A stretch of DNA of 64,000 nt, taken from Eledone cirrhosa. Its lineage: Eukaryota. Each line of letters begins with the position of its first letter. Positions within the stretch are counted from its first letter, which is position 1. Both the position numbers and the translations under genes were made by a program. The DNA lies in NCBI GenBank assembly GCA_964016885.1, contig OZ024742.1:275280001-275344000 (forward strand), in the 5' to 3' direction. The notes beneath the pieces are model-generated. The model did no database searches. It saw only the letters and a program-made list of their open reading frames with translations, and was not told where the DNA came from. Shown here one piece after another: positions 12,243 through 25,860 of this stretch.

Positions 12243-13388
12243 TCAGTGTATATCCTCTTGGTAACCGAACCTCTGAAGTCTCCAACTGCGTTGGGGAATT
12301 TTCGTTTTAAAGGTTTGTACTGTTCTATTGAGATTTCGATGATGCTTATGTTTGTCGGGAGAGTTCTTGGTGTTGGTGGGGTGTTTTTTTTCTGTGATAT
12401 CTGTGTGTTGCTTTATATATTGTATGAGTACTTTTTTTGCCATGTTTATGGCTGTGTACTTTTTGGGGGAAGGGGTGATTTTGTTGCTGTTTTCTTCTTG
12501 TTGCTGTTTGGTGTGTGTGTTTTGTTTTGTTTGCGTTGTTGGTGTTTTGGGTGATGCTGGTGGTGGTGTGGCTGTTGTTGTCAATGGTGCTTGTGGTGGT
12601 GATGGTGATGGTGTTGCTGCAAGTTTCCTTGCTGCCTTTACCCCTCTTTGTATGCCTTCGCTTTTGTAGGGTGAATCTAAGGGTTTTTTTGTTTTTTGTT
12701 TTTTGTAGCAGACTGTTTGCCACTTTACTCCCGCCTCAAACTCCATGTTGGATTCCGTGGCGTCTGGGAGGGGTATGTGCTCCACGGCTGTTGGTGGTGG
12801 TAGTGGAGCCCTCTTCGGCAATTTTGTTGCTGGTGTAGCTACTTCAAATGTAGCTATTGGTGTTGCCGCCACTGATGCTGCTGCTTTAGTTGTCCGTGGC
12901 CTTGGTACAGGTGCCACGCACGTTGCCCTGCTACTCACCGTGGAAGGGGCTTCTGCGTTTGTTGCCTCTCCTGCTCTTGGTAGCAGCGGACCAGGTATTG
13001 GAAAGAGAGGGACCTTCTTCTTCGCTGTCTTCTGCGGGCAAAAGTCCCTGAGGTGACCCTTCGACCCACAGAGATAACATTTTGGCCGTCTTCCTTCTAC
13101 GCTTATAGGGAGTTGGAGTCCTTCCTCGATGTCTATGATATCGAGGATAGCGTCGATACATTCCTGGTCAGTTTGTATAAGCATTTTCATGCCTATACCT
13201 GACCAGTTCTTTCTCCCTATTTTCTCTACTTGCAGCATGGTCGTCCTGTTCTCGATTCCAGCAAGGAGAGACGCGGCCAGCCAAGGTATGGGCACGTCGG
13301 GTGGGACCTGGGTCACTTTGATCCTCTCAATTTTCTGCCCGCAGTAGGAGGGCACCAAGATTATCTCCTTACTCTTTAGGTTTTCCAA
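12243..13388 (-). CDS. ORF1 (gag-like nucleic-acid-binding protein) of the Tx1/L1-type element, probably 5'-incomplete
   Basis: CYLCGSKGHLRDFC = CX2CX4HX4C zinc knuckle, then a P/T/K-rich tail; directly upstream of the APE ORF. Confidence 0.75.
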   Translation of the reverse strand: MENLKSKEIILVPSYCGQKIERIKVTQVPPDVPIPWLAASLLAGIENRTTMLQVEKIGRKNWSGIGMKMLIQTDQECIDAILDIIDIEEGLQLPISVEGRRPKCYLCGSKGHLRDFCPQKTAKKKVPLFPIPGPLLPRAGEATNAEAPSTVSSRATCVAPVPRPRTTKAAASVAATPIATFEVATPATKLPKRAPLPPPTAVEHIPLPDATESNMEFEAGVKWQTVCYKKQKTKKPLDSPYKSEGIQRGVKAARKLAATPSPSPPQAPLTTTATPPPASPKTPTTQTKQNTHTKQQQEENSNKITPSPKKYTAINMAKKVLIQYIKQHTDITEKKHPTNTKNSPDKHKHHRNLNRTVQTFKTKIPQRSWRLQRFGYQEDIH

Positions 13389-13430
13389 AGAGTGAGACTT
13401 TGCTTCCTGTAATAATAATCATAATAATAA

Positions 13431-14120
13431 TTTCTTTATTGACCTCAAGATGCGTAGTATACGGGAAAATAGAAAAACATGGACAGTTGGTGTTTACAAA
13501 AAGTTATGTACAAAGAAATATGACAACAAAATAAATATAACAATGAAGTTCCCAATTTTTGGAGTACTACCCAGGGTTGACTCAAGATCCCACCAATTCT
13601 AAACCAACCTACTCCCCGTGTGGGGGTGCCCTTCTTAAAAGTAGCCAGCTGAGACACTCATGCCTAGAGTAGGTCCATTCATGCGTGCCATTCTCACTAA
13701 ATTCACCCACAAATGATGATGGGCTGGCAGAAACGGAAAGTGTTTATCTTCAACCGTTCACACAACATACCTCTTTCGCTACAGTCACAAGGCAGAGGAA
13801 AACTGCCTACCATCTACCATCATGGCCTCAAGAAGGCGGAGGTTTGATTTTCACTATGGATTCGGCCGATAGCTGCATCTGTCTTACACCCGATAATAGC
13901 TGTTCAACAATCTCCACAAATCAGTAATTTTCGGACACTAGACGTGCAAAAAGGTGTCATCGTTATGTGTCCATCTCGGACACCTCCGTCTGACCATTCT
14001 TCCCTGCTTTTAGAGTTCATGTCAAACTTGCAGTGCACACGCCCCCTTCCCTTAGTCCTGCCTAGTTGATGCTGGCAGCTGATGAACCGTTTCACCAGTT
14101 GTAGTCCTATGGAAGTAATT
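13431..14120 (-). mobile_element. Older 3' fragment of a related Tx1/L1-type element
   Basis: Minus-strand remnants CPR..LH..CP..LW, AVFLCLVTVAKEV and WVNLVRMARMNGPTL (compare WVNVARMVRVNGTTL at about 10200); same CAATAAAGAAA-(TTA)n end. Confidence 0.7.
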
Positions 14121-14672
14121 TCTATATATAATAAAGATGCTTGTATTAATATGTACACCCCTACCTCCACATTTACTAAGTAAGAGCCAATATAAATGTT
14201 TCTATTCTTTTTACTGCGTATGCATCCCTATGTCGTTTAGCTATCTGTTTATCTGTCAGTTGCTCTTTCTATTAATCTTTAGGATTCTCTTTTTCTGTCT
14301 GTCTCTGTCTCTGTCTCTCTATCGATCGAAAAAGCAATGCAACACTTGGTATGGAACACGAGCTGACAACCTAAAAGGGTCATGAATTCACGACAACCTT
14401 CCTCCCTCTATCCAATTGGGAACAAACAACTATTTAAAAAGCCAATAAACAAATATTTAATCTAACCTAACCAGCAAAACACTATGCAATTTGTCAATGT
14501 TTTCTGCTCTGCCAAATGCAAACAACTTGTGTGAAGAACAACGCTGGTTAAAGAGTTGGGACAAGGTGATTAATTGGTTAGATCGTAGGGAAACAGTTTG
14601 GCGTCGTAATATTGTGTTGGTATAGCTATTTATATATTGATTAATACACACACACTCACAACCAAATATATG

Positions 14673-14770
<98 letters not shown>

Positions 14771-14811
14771 CCAAAAGTTTAACAAGGTTCATTGATTATA
14801 TATATATATAT

Positions 14812-15045
14812 AAGATTGAAGAATAACATGGTTGACAGTACAAAACAAGGATATTTATTTACAGTCTTACAATGGTTTCAATGATAGAAATGTCTATAAA
14901 TTGCTAAATACTGGAGATAGTATAACTCAAATTTACAATACATCTAAGTCTGATCATTTCCTCAGAGACAAATAAGAACTATTAAATATATGTGTAACGG
15001 TAAACTTGAAAATTTAAATTACTACATCAATAATAGTATTAATGA

Positions 15046-15100
<55 letters not shown>

Positions 15101-15910
15101 AGGAAGGGTAACAGATGGAAATGAGAGAGAAAGAAAGAAAATGACGAAAGAAGGAACGAAGATATAGTTAAATATGTAACCGGCAAAATTTACGAAATCA
15201 AACTATCACATCAAAATAAATAAATATAATATTAATAATAATAAAGATATATATAGAAGAGAGAACGGGGGGATATAGCATAGGCAGAGGGGAAGTATAA
15301 GTAAGGAAGATGAGAAAGAAATAGAGGAAAATTAAGAGGGATGAGGAAGCAGAGGGGGATAGAAATTAATCATGAATATGGGGATATGAAGAAGAAAGAA
15401 AAGAAAGTAAACAGACGGACGAATAAACATTACTACGTAAAATAGCTAGTTTGAGATGTATTATACTATAGGGTAAAATAATCGAGATAAAATATGTTTA
15501 AGTGGAGAAATACAAAGACAAAAGGTGAGAGGTTTATAAATATAAGATAATAAATGATGTAAATACAAATAAAAATAAAAATAATGATGTTAATACAAAT
15601 ATGTACTTAATACAGATGGTACTTAGATGTATTGTAAATTTGAGTTATACTGTCTGCAGTATTTAGCAATTTATAGACATTTCTATCATTGAAGCAATTG
15701 TAAGACTGTAAATAAATATCCTTGTTTTGTACTGTCAACCATGTTATTCTTCACTCTTTTATTACTCCAAGATATATTTACATAGGAATACAAGCGAAGT
15801 CATAAAATCGTCACCGAAGCAAACCTCTTGTACCGTACGCTTAAACTGTCCATGATAAATAGTTTTCACAGACTTTTATCGCATTACATTTAAAGGTTTA
15901 TCGTTATCCT
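14812..15910. mobile_element. Non-coding Penelope-type fragment with inverted pseudo-LTR arms (14812-14949 vs 15620-15758)
   Basis: About 138-bp inverted repeat, one-sided tail, (TA)n flanks, hammerhead motif; arms resemble those at 60048/61470. Confidence 0.7.
14864..14969 (-). ncRNA. Type I hammerhead ribozyme motif with long stem II
   Basis: gtct-CTGAGGA-aatgat...atcatt-GAAA-ccattg-TA-agac. Confidence 0.7.
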
Positions 15911-15967
<57 letters not shown>

Positions 15968-15970
<3 letters not shown>

Positions 15971-16132
15971 TTAATATGGAAGAGCTTCTACAGGACTAGA
16001 ACTGTTTCATTCGTGAGAAATCATCGGGGAGCTGGCTGTCCAAGTAAGGTCATTGGTTGAACGATTTGAAGAAAAGGGAATTCATTAAAAGCTAATTCTT
16101 TATGGCTGGAATAAGGGTGACAAAGGCAGAGA
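15968..16132 (-). mobile_element. Deleted inverted copy of the hammerhead element at 18.8-19.3 kb
   Basis: Reverse complement of parts of 18830-19226; core mutated to CCGATGA. Confidence 0.7.
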
Positions 16133-16254
16133 GTGTATATATGTATGTATATGTGTACACGTGTGTATATATGTATGTATATGTGCGCACGTGTATCTAT
16201 ATGTATGTATATGTGTACGTTTGAATGTGTGTATGCGTGTGTATGCATGAGAGC

Positions 16255-17160
<906 letters not shown>

Positions 17161-17404
17161 AAATATGATAATAATGGAGCTGCGGCGTTGCAAATGGGTT
17201 ACATATGAACAAGTTTGTCCTTCATCAGTGGCCTTCCAACTATCGTAGGCATTTCATCGCTTTAAAGGCCATATACCTCAGGTTGGTGCGAGCAACGGCT
17301 AAAAAAAGTCGTTGGGACACGTAAATAAAGGGGATGCTAGGGTAAACAAACAAAATGGTTTAAGCAAATATATAAATATAGGAATATATATATGTATATA
17401 TATA

Positions 17405-18198
17405 AATTTTCGTTTCTGAATTTGTTTAGCAAGATTCTTTATCTGAAAACGTGTGTTGAAACCGATATTGTTATACTTTGGGAGGGTCATGTTGCCAATA
17501 AGAAACACACGCACCAGTTCCTTTCACTTCAATTTATTATTCAAATTAAATTTATAAATTTAGGAATTTATAAATTTCCGGTTGGTTGGTTCCACAACCA
17601 GACGATTGCTCATATATTGTCAATGTTCTTTCGTCACACATTCTGTGACCTCTTCAGTGACTGGGGATTCTTTTCTTTGCTTTTGTGCCTCTCCTTTGTT
17701 CTGTCCTACGCCATCTTGTTTTTGTGTGTGTTGTGTGTGTTGTGTGCTTAGTTTGCGCATAGAAAGCATGAATGGAATAGCAACATCACAACTTACAATT
17801 AAGGACAAAATGAAAACACACACACATAGAACAAACAACCAACCAGTAACATGTAAATAAACAAATAAATAAACAAATATAAACACACACAGACACCCAG
17901 ATGTAACACATGCACAAACTAAGCACACAAAACACACAAAAACAAGATGGCGTAGGACAGAACAAAGGAGAGGCACAAAAACAAAGAAAAGAATCCCCAG
18001 TCACTGAAGAGGTCACAGTATGTGTGACAAAAGAACTTTGACAATATATGAACAATCGTCTGGTTGTGGAACCAACCAACCAACCGGAAATTTATAAATT
18101 CCTAAATTTATAAATTTAATTTATAATAAATTGAAGTGAAAGCAACTGGTGCGTGTGTTTCTTATTGGCAACATGACCCTCCCAAAGTATAACAATAT
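17405..18198 (+). mobile_element. 5'-truncated Penelope-like element: ORF C-terminus + pseudo-LTR, with inverted pseudo-LTR
   Basis: RKHEWNSNITTYN* at 17760-17802 matches the GIY-YIG end at 32730-32771; 17465-17755 is inverted relative to 17915-18198; degenerate hammerhead at about 17998-18042. Confidence 0.8.
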
Positions 18199-18759
18199 AT
18201 AAATTTTAGTACAGCATTAACGAAGCCTTAGGCTGCGGCTAAGCTAACGAATGCAGATTCGGAATGTAGCTTTAGCACTTGATGGAGAATAATACCCCAG
18301 AGTAATAACAATACGTTTAGACAGCTTTGCAAATCAAATATAGCGATCGGCAGTCCAGCTGCATTGCCATAGCAACGAAAAAGACTGAACTCCGGGAAAG
18401 ATTTTTGACTGACCTGGACCATCGCGCGGAGATCGAATGCAACACATAACGCATATCGTATAGCATACGATATACATCACATATAACATACAACATCCAC
18501 GCTAGGTTTCTGTAAATACGAGATCGACTAATTCCGCTTGCAGGAGTCTGCAAGTTAATGGCCTTTGATGTATGTGTGTGTGCGTGTGTGTATGTATGTA
18601 CACATATTTGTATGTATATATATATATATGTGTATATATTTGTATATGTGTATGTGTCTATGTATCATTATGTATGTTTGTTGTGTGTGTGCCTGCCTGT
18701 GTGTGCGTGCGTGTATGTGTGTAAGTGGGTGAGTGTTTGAATGTGCTTGTCGACACCTG

Positions 18760-19293
18760 GAATATATATTAAGAGAAACTTCACAATAAGGGGAATCACC
18801 CCAACACTTCAATCTGTTGTTGGAACCCTCTCTGCCTTAGTCACCCTTATTCCAGCCTTAAATAGTTAGCTTCTGAAGAATTTCCCTTTTCTTTAAACCA
18901 TTGAACACCACCCATCCTGTAAACACCTGTCTTACAGGCATTGTTAGTCTAAGTGATAAACTAGGAGTGGTATTCCAAATATGATTTTATTTACAGTATT
19001 CTTCCTGCCTTGGTTAATACAATTGCTTTAAAGAATTAGTTTTTAATGAACTCCCTTTTCTTTAAATCCTTCAACCAATGACCTCCACCCATCCCAATCC
19101 CCACCCTCTCCTACCACCAGAAAAGAAAAGATATAAATACCACTACTTACTTGGACAGCCAGCTCCCTGATGATTTCTCACGAATGAAACAGTCTTAGTC
19201 CTGTAGAAGCTCTTCTATATTAAAACTTTTATACTCTGCTATGTACTGAGTACCTTACCTACTGTGGTTACCTCCGATTCAACCCGGAATAAC
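18760..19293 (+). mobile_element. Non-coding PLE-type element with hammerhead, ending ..gattcaacccggaataac-(TA)n
   Basis: Same 3' part recurs at 15968, 42591-42780 and 49662-49861. Confidence 0.7.
19161..19211 (+). ncRNA. Type I hammerhead ribozyme motif
   Basis: agctcc-CTGATGA-tttctcacgaat-GAAA-cag-tcttagtc-ctg-TA-gaagct. Confidence 0.7.
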
Positions 19294-19338
19294 TTATATA
19301 TATATATATATATTATATATATACATATATATATATAT

Positions 19339-19768
19339 ATAATATAAGATCAAAAGATGGTTAAAGGAGTTCCATGTATTTTATTATGCGCATTTCAAAA
19401 ACAAACATCATCATGCAATAATATTTGTGTTTTCATCAGATAAAACAGGAGAACATGATATGAAGGCTAAAAAACACTTGTGGATAGTGCAGTTTTAAAT
19501 CAACATATCATATGTTATGTTGATTTAAAACTGCACTATCCACAAGTGTTTTTTAGCCTTCATATCATGTTCTCCTGTTTTATCTGATGAAAACACAAAT
19601 ATTATTGCATAATGATGTTTGTTTTTAAAATGCGCATAATAAAATACATGGAACTCCTTTAACCATCTTTTGATCTTATATTATGCATACTCCAGTCCTA
19701 CAAACTGTAGAGTGCTTCTTATCCGATATCTGCATTGCTTTATTGTACTACAATAAAACTCACCTCCT

Positions 19769-19770
<2 letters not shown>
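19339..19770. mobile_element. Fold-back PLE-type element (about 168-bp arms centred near 19511, plus one-sided tail)
   Basis: Near-perfect palindrome 19339-19684 between (TA)n tracts; hammerhead in each arm. Confidence 0.8.
19380..19445 (-). ncRNA. Minimal hammerhead ribozyme motif
   Basis: tttat-CTGATGA-aaac...gttttt-GAAA-tgcgca-TA-ataaa; the mirror copy at 19579-19643 has G12 mutated. Confidence 0.7.
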
Positions 19771-19854
<84 letters not shown>

Positions 19855-19856
<2 letters not shown>

Positions 19857-20323
19857 AAGAAAGTGTGGTGAGGAAGCAAGTGGACCATAACGCACCCGAT
19901 ACTCGATACTACCCAGAGTACTCGATACTTTGGGTAGTAGAATATATAATAGGAAAAGGTTCAGGACCCCGACGGCAGAGCCTAAGCCGTTTCGACGGCT
20001 ATTTGTGGATTCAGTCCAGAAATAGTCGTCGAAATAGCTTGAGCTCTGACGTCGGGGTCCTGAACCTTTTCCTATATATATATATATGTATATATATATA
20101 CATACAACATACATGTATATACGTATATATATATATATATATATATATAACGAAGGAAGAGTGGTAAGGAACCAGATGGACCATAACGCACCAGAGTACT
20201 CTATACTTAGGGTAGTAGTGTGGGTAATAGGAAAATATTTGTCCCCGACGGCAGAGCTCAAGCCGTTTCGATGGAAATACCCGTCGAAGCGGCTTCAGCT
20301 CTGTCGTCGGCTTCAAACATTTT

Positions 20324-20327
<4 letters not shown>
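19855..20327. mobile_element. Two adjacent short fold-back elements of one family (third copy at 34616-34725)
   Basis: Hairpins 19948-20074 and 20228-20327, each with the same one-sided extension (ggaccataacgcacc..gagtactc); they contain the 3' half of a hammerhead (GAAACGG..CCGTC); (TA)n flanks. Confidence 0.65.
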
Positions 20328-20384
<57 letters not shown>

Positions 20385-20527
20385 CTTAAAATGGAGTCAA
20401 AATAAGACGCTTTAAAGACAAGATATCTTGTCTTTAAAGCGTGGGAATATGCGAGACTCCCATTAGATAACTGATGAGGAAAACTCCACCCGTTCTTGCT
20501 TTCTTCTTATTCTCACTGCATCTTGAG

Positions 20528-20615
<88 letters not shown>

Positions 20616-22407
20616 GTATGTATATATATATATGTGTGGGGCGGGCGTTGGAGGGGGTCGTGTGTGTGCGTATAAGTGGGTGTATGTGAGGGAATTTATA
20701 ATCAGACACAAATTTACTCTGTACTTCATCTGATGTATATATTTAAATATAAGTATATATAAATATTGCATGGGCATAAACTTTTTAAATTGTGAAACAC
20801 ACAAACTCCATCAGTCCGAAAATTACGTCCATACGAGATATATATACGCAGACGCCTTCGCTAAAAAAAAAACACATATGCGCCCATGGAAACGAACGTG
20901 TCCTCATACAGATATACGCACACATGTGGCAATGGAAACTATGTCGTCATTAATGTCCGCATAAACGGAAAAGAAACTGGACGTAGTAGTGTTCGCAAAA
21001 ATGTCGATTGAACACTATGTACCTCAGTACGTAGAGACAGTATGGAATGTTTTCGTTTTCCCTAATGTAACTCAAGTAATCAATTTGGTTTAATGAATCC
21101 ATTTCCAATTGATATTCATCGTAGTATTTTGAGTAAAATTTGGTATATGGAAACTATATATTGTCCATTTCAAAAAAACTGTAATGTATAATCCATAATA
21201 TACGAAATAGGATAAAATACACAGACACCAACCAGCGAGAAACCGATGAAAAATATGTAGGTATGGTCCATGACCGATTTAAGTAAACGTTCTACCTGCA
21301 CATCTCCCCATTTTGGCACCCCGATATGAAAACCACTCCGGCGCTGGCAAATGTGTCTGGCAATTGAAAGAAAAAGGGGTACCACATAATATTACGTGTC
21401 AGGTGCTCAATCATTCAGTCGCACGAAAATGGAACGAAGAGATGCCCGCCCTGCATCGCCGGATACTCCAAATCAGAAGTCTTTAGACCTTGTTTGCATC
21501 AAAAGGCTCATTTCGCGTCCAACTGGAAGCCCACACCGTAAGATTCCTTCTCACCAGACTTGCCATATCCTCCATGATCCTATTCCTCTTTGTTAACTAT
21601 CCAAGCCCAAAACATGTAAAGACAGCACACCCACGCTAAATAATAGAATTTTGAAAGAGTTTTTAGTATTAGAATATCAAATTGCATCCTAACGACCACA
21701 CATACAATAAACAATTTTACAAATATTTTTACATATTCTGATTTTAGGTATTGGGAAGTTATTAGAGGAAGCATAAATATTATAAATATTTTTAATATTT
21801 GCAATATAGCTGGCAAGCCAAATTACAAACAGGCATTTACACCATCAAATGTTGACCTCCTGATTACCTAGATGTAAACATTCTACAATTTCCGTTGGTA
21901 ACGATTTCATTCAAAGGGGTTAAGTTTTTTAGATGATTAGCACGTTACTCATACCACATGCATTTAACACACATTGAAATTACAAATGAGAGATCAAACA
22001 CTTCGGAATTATATCCCTTGTTTCCGAAATGAGATTTTCACTGTTTAAAACCAAACAGAGTCGACTAAAGAGGATTCATTTTCCTATTTTTGTCAGAACG
22101 CTTGATGAGAAACTAGCTTTGAAGAGACTCATCCACTACACTCTGGTGACCATGAATGGACCTCGAAACCTAAGATCGTGCATACGTGTTAAGTGTGTGA
22201 ATCTTTATTTATACTAAATAAGCTCTCTTGCAAAATATCGAGCATTATTTTTCTTGACTTTTTATCCACGCATACCCTGCAACCCCCATATATATATATA
22301 CATGTGTGTGTGGGTGGGTGGGTGTATGTGTGGGTGAGTATGTATGTGCATATATTTGTGTATTTATATGTGTGTGTGTGTGTCCGCGTCAGTATTTATA
22401 TATCATA

Positions 22408-23290
22408 ACGTAGCGGTTCAGCAAATAATGATTGTTGAAATATATACCAGACTTGAGAAAATAGGAGCTGGGTCGGTATGATCGACCAAGATAACTTTAA
22501 GGTGGGTACCCCAGCATGTCCGCATCTAATTGACTGAAATCAATAAAATAATAAAAGAATTCCCATGACACACTTGTGATCAGAAACATGTAGTGCGCGT
22601 ATTTTTTGACGACATATTTTTCATGACCGATAATAATAATGGTTTCGTACTTAGGCACAAGGCCAGAAATTTTGGTGAGGAGGGGAAAGTCTATTATATC
22701 GACCCAATATTCGAATGTTACATTATTTCATATTGACTTAGGTTGGATGTAAGGCAAAGTTTCTCTCGGCAGGATTTGAAATCAGAATGTGAAGAAAGCC
22801 TACTGCTTGTAGACTTCTATGTTGTGGAGATTCCGTGGTAATTTTGAAAAAAAAAAAGAAAGAAAAAACCGTAAGATTGTGGAAGTTCAGAGAGAGCTAG
22901 GTAATATATAATTTACTTTAGATTGACATGTTTCTGGGTTGCTTGATCCGAATGCTTTCAATAGAGACTCCACGTTAAATCAGATACCAGATGATATCTA
23001 CCAATCAAATAAATTACATTGAGATTTGAGAAGAGAACCAAAGAATAGTAAGAAATACTGCAATCTGTATTCGACGCTCTAACAACATTTTGAATACGCC
23101 ACACTCACCCCACCCCCACCCCACCCTACACACACACACACTCACACCTTCTCCGATACATTGTTATATCAACTACGAAAGGATAAAAGTTAAAGCTGAC
23201 ATCTGCGGAATTTGAACTCAGAGCGCAGAGGACCAGAATAAATACTGCATACCATTTGTTCTACGTTAAAACGAGCTTGACAATTAGACG
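22408..23290. mobile_element. Cluster of decayed tRNA-derived SINEs (octopus-type)
   Basis: ccccagcatg..tgactgaaa..aaaaga tail (22408-22560); ggcacaaggccag..ctcggcaggatttgaa (22631-22800); gaatttgaactcag (about 23200), matching the SINE at 55635. Confidence 0.6.
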
Positions 23291-23546
23291 CCAGTGTAAG
23301 TGTTCGTTCCCCGAAACTAGGAATGTACGATGTTATATGATGTGCAAAATAAGGAAATAATTAAATAATGTCAGGTATAGATAATTATTAGCAACTTCCT
23401 ATCATACAATCATGCAGCTGCACATCCTAATACATTAAAGAAACTAACGAAATAGAGGTTCAGTAATTAATCCAAGCGGTAGTCATACCGATAGATATAC
23501 GAGTGAACACAATCACACATATACACGCTAACAAATACACTCATGC

Positions 23547-23592
<46 letters not shown>

Positions 23593-23636
23593 TTATATAT
23601 ATATATATATATTTATAAATATATATATATACCTCC

Positions 23637-23704
<68 letters not shown>

Positions 23705-23708
<4 letters not shown>

Positions 23709-24345
23709 AAAGTAATTCCGTCGGAAAGGTCCAGGAAAAAAGAGGGCTCTATGTAGGTTACAGAGCTTAATAGCTGTGTAATAAACAACATAAGATAATT
23801 ATTTCATTTACCAGCGGTTTCTTGAAAGCAAACAAATCTGCTTTCATTCATCAGAATGAAAACATCCTGGTGTTTTTATTGATGGGGAATTGAAAACAAA
23901 AATATGAGGAATATGAAAGAGAGGCTGAAGGAAGAAGAGAAAAAGATAATAAATATATAAGTATATAAACACACACACACACACACACATACATATATGT
24001 TTATATGTATATATACACATAAATATACATACACATACACATAAATACACAAACACACACACATATATATATATAAAATTATATAAATAAATATATAAAT
24101 ATAACTAAACGACAATGTGCAGTCACATCACTATACAAAGACAAAATACATATACAAGAAATCAATAAATAAAAGTAAAAAATAATGTCAAATTTAAAAA
24201 ATTTAAAAATAAAGAAATAAAAATAAAAAATAAAAATATAAAATTATCAAGTTGACAGCGATACGAAAGAGGAAAAAAAACACAAATAAAAATAAATAAA
24301 CAAACACACGTGGTAAGCAAAAGCACAAAATAAATATATATATAT
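23705..24345 (-). mobile_element. Non-coding PLE-type 3' fragment with hammerhead
   Basis: Hammerhead plus downstream GCTC..GAGC hairpin; low-complexity 3'-UTR-like body. Confidence 0.55.
23802..23861 (-). ncRNA. Type I hammerhead ribozyme motif
   Basis: tttcatt-CTGATGA-a-tgaaagca-gatttgtt-tgctttca-a-GAAA-cc-gct-gg-TA-aatgaaa (7-bp stem I, 8-bp stem II). Confidence 0.8.
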
Positions 24346-24392
24346 ATACGATATTAAATGAATGGAAACTATATTTATAAAATCATATTTAT

Positions 24393-24452
24393 TTCATTAT
24401 ATATATTTCAGGGATATCATATTAAAAATATGGTATGCCTTCATCAGACAAA
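24393..24452 (-). ncRNA. Minimal hammerhead in the 3' pseudo-LTR
   Basis: tttgt-CTGATGA-agg...cct-GAAA-tatata-TA-atgaa. Confidence 0.75.
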
Positions 24453-25860
24453 ATACAATATAAACAGTCTTATAAATAGATAGATTTGACATACCTTACA
24501 CTTCAACTTCCATTTAAAAAGTTGATTTGGTAGTGAAAAATGTTAGGGACAGTTATAGAAAAAAAAAAAAAAAGAAAAGAAAGAAAGAAAGAAAACGAAG
24601 AAAAAGAAGAAATGCATGCAACGAAAAACCGAGAGAGATAGATATAGAGAGATAGATAGAGAGAAGAAATTCATGTAAAGAAAAAAACAGAGAGAGATAG
24701 ATAGAGAGAGAAAAAAAGAGGGAGATAGATAGAGAGAGAGAGAGAGAAAAGAGAGAGAGAGAGAAAAATAGAGAGAGATAGATATAGATAAAGATAGAGA
24801 GAGAGAAAAATAGGTAGTTGGGCACCAGTTGAATGACGTATCAATGATATATTTATTTATTTATTTAGTTATAGTATTAAGGTAGAGAGAGATATATGTG
24901 GTTATGAGAGAAAACAGCCGTTACATAGAGAGAAAAGAAAAATATCCAGAGATAAACGAGGCAGATTTAAAACATTATGTTTCATCAATCTAAAATATGA
25001 ATTCGTATGAATTAGGTATTATAATGTAAATATCAGTATTCATGAATGAGACACGTATCAATAATGTGTGAAAAAAATAATGATCATATGTCTAGTTTAA
25101 AATTCCTAGGTTTATAATCAGAACTGAGATAAAACTTTAAAAAAAATTGAAATACATAAGTATATATGCACTTTCATGAAAAAAGAAAAGAAAATAGAAG
25201 GTTATCCCAGATTCGACATTATAGACATCCATGTGAATTTACGTGATCAACTCTGCAAATTCTTATTTCACATGAAAACATTCTCATTGTGCTATAAAAA
25301 TTCTAGTATACATATATGTGTACATACACACAAATATATATAGAATCTACATTAATTATAAGAATAATATTCTTGCCTTTACTCTACATGATTATCGTTC
25401 AAGCATAGAATAGACAACAGATATCAATATATCAATAAAAATATTAAAAATATTAAAAATATTAAAAAATATTAAAAATATTAAAAAATATTAAAAAATA
25501 TAATTAAAACGCCAAGAAAATTCCCAGAGTATCTCGGGCCGTAATAAACACAGAAATCTACCCTTCAAATTTATTTGACAATATATTGCCAAGTTCATTA
25601 TAAGCATCAGAATCAAAAGCAAACAAAACCAAAATTATTCACCAAATCCTGTCTAGTAGAAATCATTCCAAAAGTTTAGGATACCCATTTGATCTACAGA
25701 TGGTCTTATATTTATTATAGAAGTTTATCTAGTGTAAAATTTATTCGATATATTTGGAGCATCATCTTTTAGGGTAGTTTAATTATTCATGAAGAATGTT
25801 TAAAAAAAAGAAATCGAAAGATTTATCGGCGAGTTTCATAAATAATCTTAAGTAAATATA

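Larger units (their letters stand above)
9855..13406 (-). mobile_element. Tx1/L1-type non-LTR retrotransposon (ORF1 + APE-RT ORF2), internally deleted
   Basis: ORF1 with CCHC knuckle; APE motifs RGL..SET, VGDWN, TDH, GYWKLN; RT GKSPGLDG, NFRPITLLN, LDQSKAFDRVDH; 3' end CAATAAAGAAA abutting (TTA)n. Confidence 0.88.

Noticed and set aside
713-13347. Antisense ORFs over the retrotransposon ORFs (e.g. 713..1096, 2009..2311, 10382..10690, 12352..12669)
   Set aside because: Shadow frames of the real coding strand, with no recognisable motifs
17160-17300. CTGATGA on the minus strand at about 17223-17229
   Set aside because: No properly placed GAAA..UH or stem I partner; at best a decayed ribozyme
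18200-18560. CpG-richer unique stretch with an X-box-like attgccatagcaac
   Set aside because: Single imperfect motif with no associated gene or exon recognisable
21170-21600. Possible host exon (ag at about 21402, gtaaga at about 21538) or Tc1/mariner remnant
   Set aside because: No frame gives a recognisable protein and there are no partner exons; the transposase resemblance is too weak
22100-22185. TTGAAGA...GAAAC hammerhead-like spacing
   Set aside because: Core mutated and stems I and III do not pair
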